Assembly (NCBI RefSeq): GCF_035594765.1
Contig: NC_085841.1
Span: forward strand, 186,605,574-186,669,573
Direction of reading: 5' to 3'
Length of the DNA stretch: 64,000 bases
Source of the DNA: Anolis carolinensis
Taxonomy: Eukaryota
This document shows positions 25,640 to 39,534 of the stretch, in pieces. Each line of letters opens with the position of its first letter. Within the stretch, counting starts at the first letter, position 1. Both the position numbers and the translations under genes were made by a program. Under the pieces are notes generated by a model. That model had not been told where the DNA came from. It worked only from the letters and a program-made list of their open reading frames with translations, and did not search any database.

Positions 25640-25840
25640 AATCAGCATGGTGTAGTGATTTGAACATTGCACTTTGGAGACCAGGGTTCGAATCTCTGTT
25701 TCAATATGGAAATGCACTGGGTGACCTTGAGAAAATTGCATTATCTTCGCCTCAAAGAAAGAGAAATTTTGCCAAGGAAATCCCATGATAGGGTCACCAT
25801 AAATGGCAAATGATTTAAAAGCATGCAACAGCAACAAACA
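25640..25840 (+). mobile_element. Old tRNA-derived SINE with RTE-like tail
   Basis: A-box TGGTGTAGTGA, B-box GGTTCGAATC, GGGTCACCATAA...CAACAGCAAC tail. Confidence 0.8.
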
Positions 25841-26197
25841 TTATTGCTTGCAAAATGCCCAACAAAGGACATGGAATTAAAATCTGATGACTACATAATA
25901 TGAAAGGTGTTAAGCATACTACAATTTACTCTCCATTAAGCTTGTTTCCAAATATCTTGTCATTTGGAGCAGGAGAGGCATGGAGGCAGGTTAAACTGAA
26001 TATCACATGGCAACTGTACTGGAAGAATTTGCAAGCAGAGTGACCTGAGAATATTCAGTGATCTGAGAAATTGCCACTCTAAAACTGTCCCTTTTGTTAC
26101 ACCTACTTACAATATATGTTATTAATAAAAATACCACAGTATATCTTCTTGAGCCTTAGATTGCCTATCATTTTAAACATATTATTGAAGGATTCCA

Positions 26198-26400
26198 GGG
26201 CCTAAATATTCTGAAGGCACTAGATCCCATCTGGTCTTGGAAGATAAACATCGTCAGGCCTAGTTAGCACCATGTTGGAAATACTAGGTACTGTAGGCTA
26301 TATTCAGAGGAAATCAATAATAAGCCACCTCTATTAATTACTTAAGAAAACCTTGTGAAATTCATGGAGCCATCATAAATTAACAGGCAACTTGAAGGTT
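26198..26400 (+). mobile_element. 5S rRNA-derived SINE (SINE3 / 5S-Sauria-like)
   Basis: GATCCCATCTGGTCTTGGAAGATAA..CAGGCCTAGTTAG...AATACTAGGTACTGTAGGCT resembles 5S rRNA, followed by an RTE-like tail. Confidence 0.75.
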
Positions 26401-27198
26401 CAGCTGGATCCAAACAGAAAGGATGTTCAGTTGTTGATATACTCAGAAAAGTTCAAAATGGCATAACATGCATTTATAGGATTTTTTGTACAGATGGACA
26501 AACTCACAGAAAGCCACAGTCCAATAATTAAGCAGGCCTATTTAATTCATCACAGATGGATATGGAAATTTCTCATTCTCATTCATAATCTAGTATACAA
26601 ACCAATCTAGTATACAAACCCTATGACCTTTAGGTGCTCCTTTTGGTATTACCATGTCAGAATGAGATGTCATGCACTGCATGTTTCTCTGCAGTGAAAT
26701 GTGGCGTCTGGCTAAGATGTTTAATTGAGTGTAGTAATATATCAAGCAATAATCAGATTGCCAAATCCATGTTCATTGTGTAGTCTTCAACATCAGAAAT
26801 ATATGGTAACTTCTTATCTGAAATTCACAGAAACACATTAATGTTCATGTAGTATACATTTAAGCATTAAACATAGGGGAAAGATTCCTGTGATCCTCCA
26901 GATGTTGTATTACATTTCCCAGGAGCTCCAGTCAGCAAAGCCAGTGATCAGAAATGCTGGACATTGCAACCCAACATATCTGGAGAGTGTTATAAATCCC
27001 AACCTTGTTTTAAAGCAAAGGTGGGAAAAGTGCAGTCTGTGGGTCTTAACCAACCTCCCATGGCTGTTCTATAGCCTCCAAAGCTCCCCCCCCACACACA
27101 CACACACAAAAATCATTAAGCATTGTGAACAGTATTTCTACAGTGTCTGGAGCCTGCCTAATGCTCTCTGGAGTCAAAATAAAAAAATAGAATTTTAG

Positions 27199-27448
27199 TA
27201 GGTAAAGGTAAAGGTTTTCCCCTGACATTAAGTTTTGTCGTGTCCAACTCTGGAGATTGGTGATCATCTCCATTTCTAAAACAAAGAGCCGGCATTGTCT
27301 GTAGACACCTCCAAGGTCATGTGACTACATGGAACACTGAGTGGTACCTATTGATCTACTCGCATTTGCATGTTTTCGAACTGCTAGGTTGGCAGAAGCT
27401 GGGGCTAACAGCAGGAGCTCACCCTACTCCCTTGTTTTGAACCTCTGA
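27199..27448 (-). mobile_element. Sauria SINE, 5'-truncated with internal deletions
   Basis: (AAAGGT)n tail and diagnostic body. Confidence 0.88.
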
Positions 27449-28970
27449 TGTTATGAATTTTAATGGCACCAAAATGTCCTCAAGGACCTCATAAGACTCC
27501 CCCAAAGCATGCCCCCACACCTATACAGTTTTAGGTGGCATTTTCTTTGTGGAAATAGATATGTAGGGTGGGCACAGCCCTAAGAGGTTTTCTGGAAGGT
27601 TAATGTGCCTCTTAGCCTTTCACTTTCTTCCATCCATACCATAGAGAATACACTTCAAATTAACAGACAACCACAGGAAAGAGATTTTCTTTTTTCAAAA
27701 ACAAAACTTGCTGAACCAGATAATGTGAACTCATTTTTGCTACTAGGAACAAGAACACCTTCCTCCTTAGAAGATATTTGGAGGCTGGGGATTGAGTGTG
27801 TGTGTGTGTAAGAGAGAGAGATAATCTGAGAATAATCTTCAAGTGATTTTCAGACATTGCCATGGCAGCTTCTGCATCAGATGAAATATAGAAGAACATC
27901 TGGTTGTCATCATACTGAAATCATGATTTTCTTCCAAACCATCTCAGGCAGACTTTGCCACCCAGGTTCTTGTAAGAAGCTCTGTTGGAGAAATCTTTAT
28001 GCCTGGACTACACATGGAAAGAATCTCATGGAGTGGGAGAGGTCCAAGCTTTCCAATGATTCCAGATTTCAGGCAGGAATTCATATTATTGAAAGAGCCC
28101 TTATACAGAAAGCTCACCTCACCAGTGATAGCATTTTTGCAAATCTTATTCTTGCTTTTCTTTTAGTTCTCCCTTCTTCTTTTTTTTACTTGCAGGGAGG
28201 TTTTATTTTCTTTCCAACTATGAACCAGCCAAAATAGTTATCGCAACCCCTGAAATCTGAAGTGATAAAGTTTGTAACTTTGATATAGATGGTAAACATA
28301 TACAACTATGGATGATTTAGATTGCCTTCTGTATTAATATTTTTTTAGAACAGACTCTTTCCATTGGTATTCACACTACTTCTCTATTCACTTGGGGTGA
28401 GGGCAAAAGTCACTTGAAAATATAGAGGAGAAAAAAGGGAAGCAAAAACCATGTTGTACTCTGCTGTATACACAGCGGGCCCATATAGCTGCTCGCTTTT
28501 CTTCTATAGAAAATTAGGTTGCGTTTATTTCATACAAATGTGGACCCGGAAAAAGTATCTTGATATGATGTTAGTGGATTTTTAGTAGGACTGGAATTAG
28601 AAACAGCTCTTCAAGTAATGTAGGGTGGCTGCTTGAAGGTCATCAACAAAAAGGAAATGTGCCGCCAAAGGAAAGGTGAGCAAGCAAGAGAAACAAAGAG
28701 GAACAAGAACATCTGTTATCAAATAATTTACAAAAGAATGTATATTCTCAAACCTTAGAAGTTATACTTTTTAAAAATAAATAACACTTTCCAGAATCCC
28801 TTAGCTAGAATCTCTTATCATATTGGCTCATGGAAGTTCTAGTCTTAAGTATTTTCCTTCCAAGCTCTGACATTTGTGAATGATTACTATAATTTAAATA
28901 GAAAACTGAGGCTTGGTGACGAGTAAAAGCAGGAGACCTGTAGACCTACAGTCTAGGGATGCATGTACAG

Positions 28971-29593
28971 CAGTGGTTCCCAACCTGTGGTCCATGGACC
29001 ACCAGTGGTCCCCAAGAACTAAAATATGCTCCACAGGCTCATAGTTACTACACCATTGTAACGTGAGTGGCTGGTCTCGCAAAACCCTCTTATAGTGCTG
29101 AGGCAACAGGGATGTTGGGAGGGGAGAGGCTGACAATCCATGAAAGGCGCAACAACAAGCCTCCTGACTGCTGCTTCTCGTCTTCCTCCCTCCCCCTGAG
29201 CAGAGCCTTCCCATGTAGTGCCTGGAAGTGGGAGCGCCTTGGTGTCTTCATTTTTAGGCCTGTTCTTGGGGTTATTTGGGGTGCTGATTCAGAAAATGGC
29301 ATTGGATAGAACACATCAGTTCTAGATTATTAAATATGATTTTCTCTGGGTGAGCAGATGGCGACTACTGGATGGAATATGTTCTGTATCAGAAACAGAG
29401 CTGATGTGATCTGTACAATGCAATTTTCTGAATCCGCACCCCAAATATGCAAGCCTAATCTAAAGTAGAGTAAAAACCGATTTGTAACCCTTTTGGTACT
29501 AATGTTGGAGAGTGATCCCTGATCAAAGTAGACCCTGGTCAAAGTGGTCCCTGTTCAAGTGGTCCCTAGTCAAAAAAAGGTTGGGAACCACTG
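28971..29593. mobile_element. Non-autonomous hAT element nested in a Harbinger-like MITE (~28956-29709)
   Basis: TIR CAGTGGTTCCCAACCT / AGGTTGGGAACCACTG; TSD ATGTACAG/ATCTACAG. Confidence 0.88.
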
Positions 29594-31465
29594 ATCTACA
29601 GCAGAGAAGTTTGACACCACTTTAATTGTCTTTATACAACTGCAATTCCCATGATTCCATAGCAATTAAAGTGGTGTCAAACTGCATTAATTCTACAGTG
29701 TAGCTGCCCACCAAGTAGTGGCTATAGATGAGCAACTTCCTGCCCCTTGCCTGATCTTCCTGTTGAATTAGTTTACTCATCTTTGGACTGGACAGACCTT
29801 CAAACAGAAGGCACCTTTAAACAGGAGAACAAATGGCTATGTAGTACAGGATACAAAAGAATAAAATATCTCTTTGTATAATGCTTGAAATGTAAATGGG
29901 GAGGGTATATTTTTTTTAAATCAGGCATTAAGAATATTTTCTAAAAGTTGCCATCCCCACACCTGTTGCCATGCTCCAGGGAATCTTTCCTTTTAAAATT
30001 GCCAACTTGGACTTGAGTTGCTATCCTTCTTCCATTATTAAAAGTAAATCCCAGTTCCAAAAGAAAAAGAATTTTGACCCTGAGCAGCTCTAATTTGGGG
30101 ATATCAAAGCAGGCAGCCTTTGTCAACATGACTCATTTGCAGTGTCATTCAACATAGCCCAAGCGGCTTGACAAAAGCTCATTAATGCAAGAGCCCCTTT
30201 CATAATAAGCCCAAACCTTTTAAATATACAAATAAATCCAAGCCGTAGAAGAAGATGGAATATTCTTCGGTTTTACAGCAAATTAGGTTTAATGGACAAT
30301 AAGTGGCAAGGTTTTAAGGGCGGAGGGAGGAAGAGTGAATCTGTTGATCAATATTTAATCAAGAGCTCTTTATTTTTTCATAAAGGAAGGCTTTTTTTAA
30401 AAGGCCTGATTTAAAATCAGCGACAAGGTTGGATTCCGTAATTCCACAGGGTTACTGCCATATATAACAAGCCAGAGACAGAACAGCTAAAGAAACCTTC
30501 ACTGATTCAACCAAAATGTAGATTAACAGCAGGAGGAGACAAAAAGCCCCAGTAACACATCACAGAAAGTGAAGGGTGCCGTTTTTCTGATGAGGGCCGG
30601 GGAGCAAAGAAAGGGGAAAAGCAGATTGAATTTTGTAAATACGCAACCTATTTGAAGACCATGCTTTTTCAAAATATCTACTATAAAAAGTATATGCTAT
30701 AATCAAGAAAAGGCTTGCCAAGCAAATTGCAAGTCTATTTTCAGATTTAAGAGGTCACATCTTTCTCTTCTCTCTTCCATGCTTTTCAAGTTTCTTAATT
30801 GTTCTTACAGACCCGAAGGGGATCTTTTCATGATTGCTATAATTCACCCCACTAAATTTCACACTGTAACTTGTCTTTTTCTGACCTGCCAACATTAGTG
30901 TTTATTCATTATTCCCTCCTTCCCATTAAAAATTTAGGGAAAAGAAATCTAATCAGACACTAATAACTGCAAGATGATGAAGCTATTCACCTGAGGTAAA
31001 TTACTGGCTATGTCATAGAAGTAATGCAATCCCTACCAATCCCTATGAAGTTAAATCAAATAGGATTTTGAAGGAATATCAATTCCAACACAACTAATGA
31101 GGGTTTTGGGGTTAAATGTGCCAGGTGAAAAAGTAGAGTCTGCTAAAAAGGCTGTGTGATCATATTTTGGCGTGGGAATGATTCCAAGATACACTTGGAT
31201 TTATGCACTCTGGACTTCTGACAGTTCTTTTTAGTGTTGCTTGTTCAGCTATTTCCTCCCTGTTTCTTTGGCTGTATCAAAATACATATGAAAGCAAATA
31301 CACGAAGTAGGGAATTCCACTAGATAAACCTTTTGTGTATTGTCACTAACTCCTCCAGTTTCTCCATCTCTCCTGCTCCTTCACAATAAGCATAAATCCA
31401 GAAATCTAACTCCCAGAATTCCCACCCACATCCCACCCATGCTAAATTGGCAATGATAGGAATTA

Positions 31466-32513
31466 CAAGCAATCCTCAAGTTACAAACATCCGACTAAGA
31501 GCCATCCCACACAGGCTCAAATCCTGAGAGGAATTGGGATTTTATATCCCAGTTCCTCTCAGGATTGAGGCCCCACACCAGCCCCAAACCCTGGGTTTTG
31601 CTAGGGGGTGGATACATGCCAAAGGGTGACCTCGAACAGCATCTGGCTAGCTCCCAGCTCCCCATTTTCTGACTAAACTTACCAAAGGAGTTTGGCTTTC
31701 CTCCCCTCCCCTCCCCAAATCTCCTAAAGTGTCATTTTGACATGTCACAAGCTTTCGTCGAGGGGCCAGAAGATGTAGACAGGCCCCACTGGTAAGTTTA
31801 GTGGGAAAACAGGGGGCTGGCGGGGGGGGGGGGAGGTGGATGCCATCCCACTCCTCTGGGGTCCTAAAGCCTGAAGAACTGGGATGACAATGGAGATTGA
31901 TCTCTAGGACCATGGAACATGGTCCTGAGAATCAATCCATGCAGGCCCAACATCTGGAAAAATCCAGACGTTGCAGTAAGATCTGGACCTTTCCAGGTGT
32001 TTTATTAATCTGGAGTAAACTGGGACATACCAGTTTACTTCAAATTAATCAGGTCTAACTTGAAGTGTTGTTTGGACACTTCAGGTTAACCTGCAACCCA
32101 TCACAGGTTTTGGGCCTGTGTAGAAGGGCCCTTACATACAACTCATAATTAAGAATGGAGATGTGAGAGAAATCTATCCCTTGGAAAGGACATTCACTCC
32201 TGAAAGAGTTATCATGGAGAAAGGATGTCTCCACTGAAGTTTTACACCCAGTCCTTGCTTCCACAAAAATCCCCCAAATTTTTCAGAATCCAATTCTCAC
32301 ACGGACAGAAATGAGGTCAAATCTAAACAGGGTCACAGGTAGAAAAATGAACACCATGGGGGGTGTTAACCCTTACCTGTGCTATCCAAAGCTTTAAAAA
32401 TATTTTTTTTGGTTGGAGTTACACTTTAAAAATGTACCTGTTCTGACTTACATACAAATTCAGCTTAAGAACAAATCTACAGACTATCTTGTTCATAACT
32501 TGGGAACTGCCTG
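31466..32513. mobile_element. Tc1/mariner non-autonomous element
   Basis: TA-CAAGCAATCCTCAAGTTA / TAACTTGGGAACTGCCTG-TA. Confidence 0.8.
31499..32131. mobile_element. PIF/Harbinger non-autonomous element nested in the mariner element
   Basis: TIR GAGCCATCCCACACAGGCTCAAATCCTG / CAGGTTTTGGGCCTGTGTAGAAGGGCCC; TAA/TTA flanks. Confidence 0.8.
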
Positions 32514-34407
32514 TATAGGGCAAAATATGTCCTTTTATATTATGCTTATAAAATAATATCTGCTTGTCTTCACTCTTTCTTGCCTACACTCGTATAAGTG
32601 CTCTTGCTCCAGCAGATGGCAAGAAGGACCATTGGAGAAGGATCATTGCATTCACTTTGATAGCTCTGGGGATGCTCTGGAGATACAATGGTTCTCAGGT
32701 TACAACTTAGCAACCATTGGAAAATATGTCCCAACTCTGTACACTCTTTAGCTTTCAGCACACCTTTGTGCAGGGGATCAGATTTGTCTAAATGCACTGG
32801 TCAGCACCGCACCACCATCATAACATTAAAACAACTTGGAGCAACAAAAACGTAGTGTGCCAGAAAAGTTGCAGACCCAAATTCCATTTCATGGGTGGGG
32901 AATATTTGGCTATCAAGATACTGTTAGATATCTGCTTCCATCATCCTTCACCTTGGAATTGTGGCTCAACAATTGGAGGGATACACATTGCCCAACCCAA
33001 CATAGTAAAAAGCTGCTACAGAAGAATCTGTAGATCATAGATTGCAAGCATCTTCAATATCCCTGGAATAAAGGAACAAAGATATCCTATGATGAAAGGG
33101 GACGTGCATATGGAAGCCATTACCCAATGAATACCAACAGAGCACTGAAAGATAAAGTCAGTTCCAAAGTACGCTGGATGCACTGAACCAACAGGAACTT
33201 GGCAATTCAACACTTACAGACATTTCCATTGAGTTAACATATCTACTCTACTCAAGGCAAAAAACTGAATTTAGATCTAAACCATAAGGGCAGTAGCCAC
33301 CATTTTGATATCTCTTATAGTCAGAGTTAAGCAGTGTTGCGCAGAGCTTGCATGTTCTACATTTCAGTCTCGTGTGGTGCTGCAAAAGCAAATATTGCAG
33401 GGTGAGAAATCACAACCTCCTAACTGCTCCCAAGCTGCTGTGCCAATCCAGCTAAGCAACCAGCCCTGCTACAGACACAGACAGACATTTGATGGAATTT
33501 TTTTTTTGCTTTCAACATTCAAACAAAAGCTGATAACAGACGTTGCAATATTCTGTGCCACAGTCCTGCTTGAGATTCTGTCATTCTCGCATGTCTGGAA
33601 GACATTTCAGCAAGATGTGTGAATCCCTTTCATCCTTTCATGAATTACTGACAAGGCATGTGGAAGTTGAAATCAACACTCCTCAAAATAAAATCTGTAA
33701 TATTCAGTCATAAGCATGATGTTACTGTGGTGAAGCCGGCCGCTGCGGTAATCTAAAACAGAGAGCAATTAGGCAAAATGGCTTCTTGTGGTAACCTGTT
33801 CCATGTGTATTCTCCATCTAGATTAAAAACCAAAGACATTCCCCTCACAAAAGGGGTCTCTTTGAAGTCTTAAAGTGATCTTTAAGCCCCTTTCTTGTTG
33901 TAAACCAACCAGGAAAACAAGACCTTCAGCCACCTCCCATTCCCAAACCTCAAGGACTTTGAAGAAGAGAATTTAGGTAATAGAAAGAAGAGCAACAGTC
34001 ACCTTTACTTGCTTAGTATGCTTCATTATTGCTTTGCTGTTCTCTCCCTCTCTCTCCCTTTCTCTGTAAGATACTTTGAAGTTAGAAACTGCAAAAGGCC
34101 CTCAGTAGGAGTTTTCTCTCTTTAACATTCAAACAAGAGTCGCAATAGAACTCCGCCATCTGAGCAAGTGTATGATCTGATTATTTGGCCGTGGCTTTGA
34201 GATACAGTTTGAATGTTTCTGCTATTAATTTCGGAAGGCAAGGTAGTCTAAGAAAAAGGAAGCTTCATGGAATATATTGCAGGGCTTGAAAAGCCAAGCA
34301 TAAAAGACAGAAAGACTAGGTTTAGCAGACTGAAAGAAATGCAGACTTTCCAAATTAGAACTCAGAGCTTTTCTTACTTGCTCTTTGATTGCACATAACG
34401 GTTCCAT

Positions 34408-34565
34408 CCATTTTTCAGGGATTTGTAATTTGGTGAGACACCAGCACTCTTTGACAAAGAAGGCTAAAGACCTTGTAAAACTTCAGCCCCCATAATACCA
34501 TAGTACTGAGCCATGGCAGTTAAAATGTTGTCAAACTGTATTAATTCTATAGTGTATAATCATCC
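34408..34565. mobile_element. Fragment of a common Harbinger-like MITE (related pieces at ~2265-2390 and ~50310-50510)
   Basis: Shared TGTAATTTGGTGAGACACCAG.ACTCTTTG.CA.AGAAGG core and AAACTG.ATTAATTCTA.AGTGTA end. Confidence 0.55.
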
Positions 34566-35518
34566 TTTTTGAGTTAGGATTTCTTTTGCTGTTCTGTGCT
34601 AGTGACTGTATTTTTCTATGCTGATACAGCAGCAGTAAGGAAATGTATTCACTAAAACATCATCTTTTTCATCTTCATGTCATAACCGACACTGGTATAA
34701 AGATGTTGCCATAGGACAAAGAAGCTGACATAGGACAACTATGCCAAAAAGGGTTCTAGATTAAGTACAGTATCATTTGAGCTACATTTCTAAAACATAT
34801 CCAGAACATACTCTTTCCAACAGTCCTGTAAGGGAGAATACTGTGTAATCTTTTGAAAGTTTATACACAGAGCCAGAGAACATAGTCTAGCAAAAGGAAT
34901 AACTTTAGCTGACCACATTTCTGCTGACAGCACTACATACTTAAAAATGCAAGAAGTTCATTGGAAACTTTGTTAAAGTTTTATTGTAATATGTTCTCTG
35001 TGTTCTATTGATTATGCAATTCTTGCACATTGTATTTGAGACTGGGATTTTCAAAGTCAATTCCATTTGCAGTTTTCCCAGCTTTCAAATATATAGAGCA
35101 ATAAAATTCTGCTTAATATACCTGTTTGTAGCAGAAAATGAGAAGAATCATAGATCTATAAGAGGAAAATGCCAAATCCCCAAGCATACTCTAGTTGGTT
35201 TTTTCTTTCTTTTTAAAAAAGGCACATTTCTTAATAGAATGTATCATTTGTGTAGATATGATTATGTATTCAAATTGAAATTTTTAATACTCCTGTGAAA
35301 AACTGCAGCTTTCAACATTATGGATTCAGCAGCACAAGAGGCACATTACATGGAAACTGGAATGCTTGCACTGGTTGACACCTAATGTGGCCTTCCAGCC
35401 ATTATTATGATTGGAAAACAATTTTTTTTAAAAAATTCAATTTTCTGCTTCTACAGAGCCATTTCATCCAGATCAGACCCAATTCCTTTCAGACTGCCTA
35501 CTAGTGGTGTGTGAAATG

Positions 35519-36782
35519 GAAGAAATCGGGGCCCGGACTGGTTCATACAAGGGGATGCGGTCAGCCAAATAGCCTGGACCTGAACCATCTAGGGCTTTAA
35601 AGGTCATAATCAGCACTTTGAATTGTGCCCAGTAACAGACTGGCAGCCAGTGGACTTGCTTCAACAAAGGGGTTGTCTGTTTCCTGTAGCCAGCCCCAGT
35701 TAGCAACCTGGCTGCAGCTCTTTGGACCAGCTAAAGTTTCTGAGCACTCTTCAGAGGCAGCCCCACATAGAATGTGTTACAGTAATCCAGATGGGATGTA
35801 AATAAGGCATGTATCACCATGGCCAGATCTGGCTTCTCAAGGAATGGGTGCAGTTGGTACACAAGTTTTAATTGTGCAAAAGCCCTCCCAGCCATTGCTG
35901 ACACCTGGTCCTCCAGGTTCACTGCCGAGTCCAGGAAGACTCCCAAACTGCAGACCTTCAGGGGGAGTGTGACCCCATCCAGCACAGGCTATATCCCTAT
36001 TCCCTGATCTGCCTTTTGACTGACCAGGAGTACCACTGTCTTGTCTGGATTAAGTTTCTATCGGTTTGCCCTCATCCAGTCCATTACTGATGAGAGGCAC
36101 TGGTTTAGGATCAGGACAGCTTCCTTGGCTTTAGGTGGGAAGGAGTAGTAGAGTTGGGTGCCACTGCATATAGGTGGCACCGAACTCCAAAACTCCAGAT
36201 GACCTCTCCCAGAAGTTTCATGTATATATTGAACAGCATGGAGGACAAAATACAATCCCACACGTAAATGACTAGGGGGCCAAACAGGAGTCCCCCAGCA
36301 CCACCTTCTGGGTACGGCCTTCCAGGAAGGACCATAGCTACTATAAAACAGTGCCTTCTAGTCCCATCCCAGTGAAATGACCCAGAAGGATACCATGGTC
36401 AATGGTATCAAAAGCCACTGAGAGATCCGGGAGACACACTCCCCTCTCTAGCTCTCTGCAGAGGTCATCCACCAAGGTGACCAAAGCTGTCTCTGTTCCA
36501 TAGCCAGGCCTGAAACCAGATTAAAATAGTTCTAGATAATCCATCTCATCCAGAAATCCCTGAAGTTGTGAGGCCACAACATGCTCTAAGACATTACTCA
36601 GAAATTGGAGATTGGACACTGGCCGATAATTATCCATTATCGAGGGTTTTAGGGATGGCTTTTTAAATATAAGCCTCACAACTGACTCCTTTAGGCAAGT
36701 TGGAACCTTTTCTTGTTCCAAGGAGGCATCTACCACCCCCTTCATCCACTCTGCCAGTCCCCCTCTGGCCTGTTTGATCAAC
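35519..36782 (-). pseudogene. L2-clade LINE ORF2 fragment (RT and downstream region), truncated at both ends
   Basis: KKPSL.P..DNYRPVSNL.FLS.VLE, LFNIYMK.LG, QLYYSF, WM.AN, SLGV.LDS, LDYCN, LKQVHWLPV; multiple frameshifts. Confidence 0.93.
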
Positions 36783-37151
36783 TCTATCCTCACAAAGGTG
36801 TTTCTTCCTGATTCCTGCTCTGCATTGTTTATACAGTTATGGGCATCAGTGGATTTTATGGCTCGATACAGAATTTCTGGTGAGTTTTTTTAATATGGTA
36901 TTTCCAGCTAGATGCGCATTGCAACTTGCATCAGAAGTGTGTGCTTTGTGGACACCCCAACCTAAAGTTGCTTTCAAGTTGGATTTTAGTGGCTGTGTAG
37001 AAGTGTCCACTGTCAAGCATCTGTTCAAAATGTTACTGTCAATCTCAATGAGCACAAAGGAAAAAATGAGAGTGTGAAGTCACACATAATTTGAATTGTT
37101 CTGGCCATTCTCAAGTTTATTATTGTCTGATATTTACAGGATAAATACAAA

Positions 37152-38460
37152 TGTATATACTCCTGTATAAACTGATCTCGTGTATAAATAAATCATGGGC
37201 AGGTTTGGGAGGCAAAATTATGGATTTGTATATGACCTATTGATTAGTTCAGGTCCATTCTGCAGAGAGGGGAAAACATTGAATTCCACTTGGGGGTCAG
37301 CTGCTCTGGATGCTACCACCATTTTTCTTCCCAGCCACTGAAGCAGCCAGACACAACCCCATGGCAGAGAGAGTCGAGGGGGTTTGTTGTAGCCCAGCCT
37401 GCACCTGAGCTATCAGGTGGGCCTGAGGTTGGGCTTGTTCAGCCTGTGATTGTACCTGCACCTGACTTGTCAGATGAATCTGGGTTGGGACCTAGGATTC
37501 CCATGCAGCCAGAGTTGGATAAGGCTACTGTTCCTGGACAGCCAGAGTTTGTTCCTGAGGATTCTGGGAGCAGGTAGACAATGGTTTCAAGCAGGCAGCT
37601 TGAACAGCATTCCTTGGGAGAGTCAAGATCGAGTTATTCCTTGGCAGATGGGCATTCCAGTTGTGATAACAAAGACAAAAAAGGGAGATTTTGAGAAGGA
37701 GCAGACTTTTGCTAATGAGAAAGGGCTTTGATCAAACTCCTCGCAGAAAAAGGCCTTGATTCCAGCTTTAAGAGGAACTGCTTCTGAAAGAGATTTTAAG
37801 AGGTGGTAACTATTTCATGGACTCTTGTTTCATGCTTCATGGAATCTTGTTTCATGTTACCTGTGGACTTTCATTCCAAGTTCCTGTAGCCTTGTATCTT
37901 GAGTTTTGTTCCACTTCCTGTTGTTGCTCCTTGGGATTTTGGATTATCAAGTAATTGTTCCTGAAAGCTTTGCAGTTTGGATCTCTTGCTCCAGTTAAAG
38001 ATCCTGTTCTTTGTTCCAGTTTTAATCCTTTACCTTGGACTAATTTTGATACCTTGTTGAAGTTCATTCTTGTGTTTGATTTTCATGGACCCTTGCTTCA
38101 AGATTCTCAAGTATCTGTACTTGATGGACTAAAACCTTGTTTCATTGACTTTGATCTTTGATTTGCCATTGCTTACATATATTCTTCAATAAACAACTTG
38201 CTTTGCTTATAGTCTGAAGCTCCAGTGTGGTTTTGAGGTGTCTCTGCAGTCTAGGGGTGCAACAGGGTTGGTGTTTCTTTTAGGTTCTCCAGGAACAGGC
38301 TAAACTCTTGCCTTTGACTATTGTACTCAGTGAAAGAAATTGCTCCTTTTTTGTTATCAGCTAAGATGCAGTACTTACATTACCCATGGATAGTTTGACT
38401 CAACTTTTGGGGGCCAATTATTTTACTAAATTTTCTAGATTTACTTATAAGTAGAAACAG
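37152..38460. mobile_element. pogo/mariner-like non-autonomous element interrupted by a solo LTR
   Basis: GTATATACTCCTGTATAA start; homologous to 11451-12223 on both sides of the LTR. Confidence 0.65.
37385..38264 (+). mobile_element. Solo LTR, Gypsy-type (distinct family)
   Basis: TGTTGTAGCCC...GGGGTGCAACA, 5-bp TSD GGGTT, AATAAA at 38188-38193. Confidence 0.9.
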
Positions 38461-39534
38461 TAGTCTAAAAAACACCTTGCATCAGGAAAATGGTATCTCC
38501 TTTAAAAGGGGCATATATGATCCCAAACAGATTCTCAATATGATTCTCATACAGTTGTTAATATTACAACTTCATTAGTTGTTTAAGACAGATCTGTGTC
38601 AGAACTAGGCAAATCTGTCAGCATAAAATGTTGTTTTTGTAAATTCTGATCAAACACATACTGAAAACAAATCCTCAGCTATCTCTAATTGCTGTTATTC
38701 CCATTTTACAATTTTCAGCTGAGGGCTGGTGACCTGCGGAAGACTACTCACACTAGATCCTGTTGCCTTGCATAGCTGGCAGAAGAGAGGTGGGAGGGAT
38801 AAGAGGGAGATTATATTTCTGCTCACTCTCATGCTATTACCTTTATGGTATATTGAATCTTACATTTTATGTGAATTGCAACAGCTCTAGTGTTCTTAAC
38901 AGCCTACAGTCTCATCAACTTATGAAAGATTTACAGCACTTCTAAACAGGAGTCATCAATTTCAATTCCCAGCGAATCAATGAGAGGGAAAAAGCACTAC
39001 CCCATCTATTGAACTGGTTTATGCAACCAGTTTGCACAAGTTAACTTCCATTTCTTGAACACATTAAAAAGGGAGGCATCTGGGTTTAGAACTAGTAAAA
39101 GATGCCAGTCAAAAACTGCTTCACAGATTAAAACTCTTTATTTATTATCTCCTGGTCCCCATGCAATCCCTCAAAACAAACCTTGTTGTCAAAGAACAGC
39201 CTGTCTAGTCTATTTCTCCACACTCCAGTTCACAGGAATATTCCCCTCCCTCAACTTTTTTTTCTGGCTAGAAGGCTTTTTACTTGATACATGCCATATA
39301 GTGGACTCTGTAAGGAGTTCATTTGTTTACAATTATTTTCCCAGTGATCAGGGACTTCAACAGGGACTGATTTCATTCTGCCTTACTTGCTGACACATCT
39401 TCCTATGCTTCCAGATTTTCGCATCAGCAGTCTCAAGGAAATATGTAATCATTCCCTCTTTCAAGCAAGAGGGATTCTTCCCTCTCTTCCTGAAGCTGGC
39501 CAAATTAACAGGGAAAGTAAGTTAAAACCCAGTA

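Noticed and set aside
26198-26300. 5S rRNA gene
   Set aside because: Heavily diverged, internally deleted and fused to a SINE tail
27857-28237. 126-aa ORF, and similar ORFs at 46202-46546 and 59818-60207
   Set aside because: No recognisable domain or supported exon structure; lengths are compatible with chance
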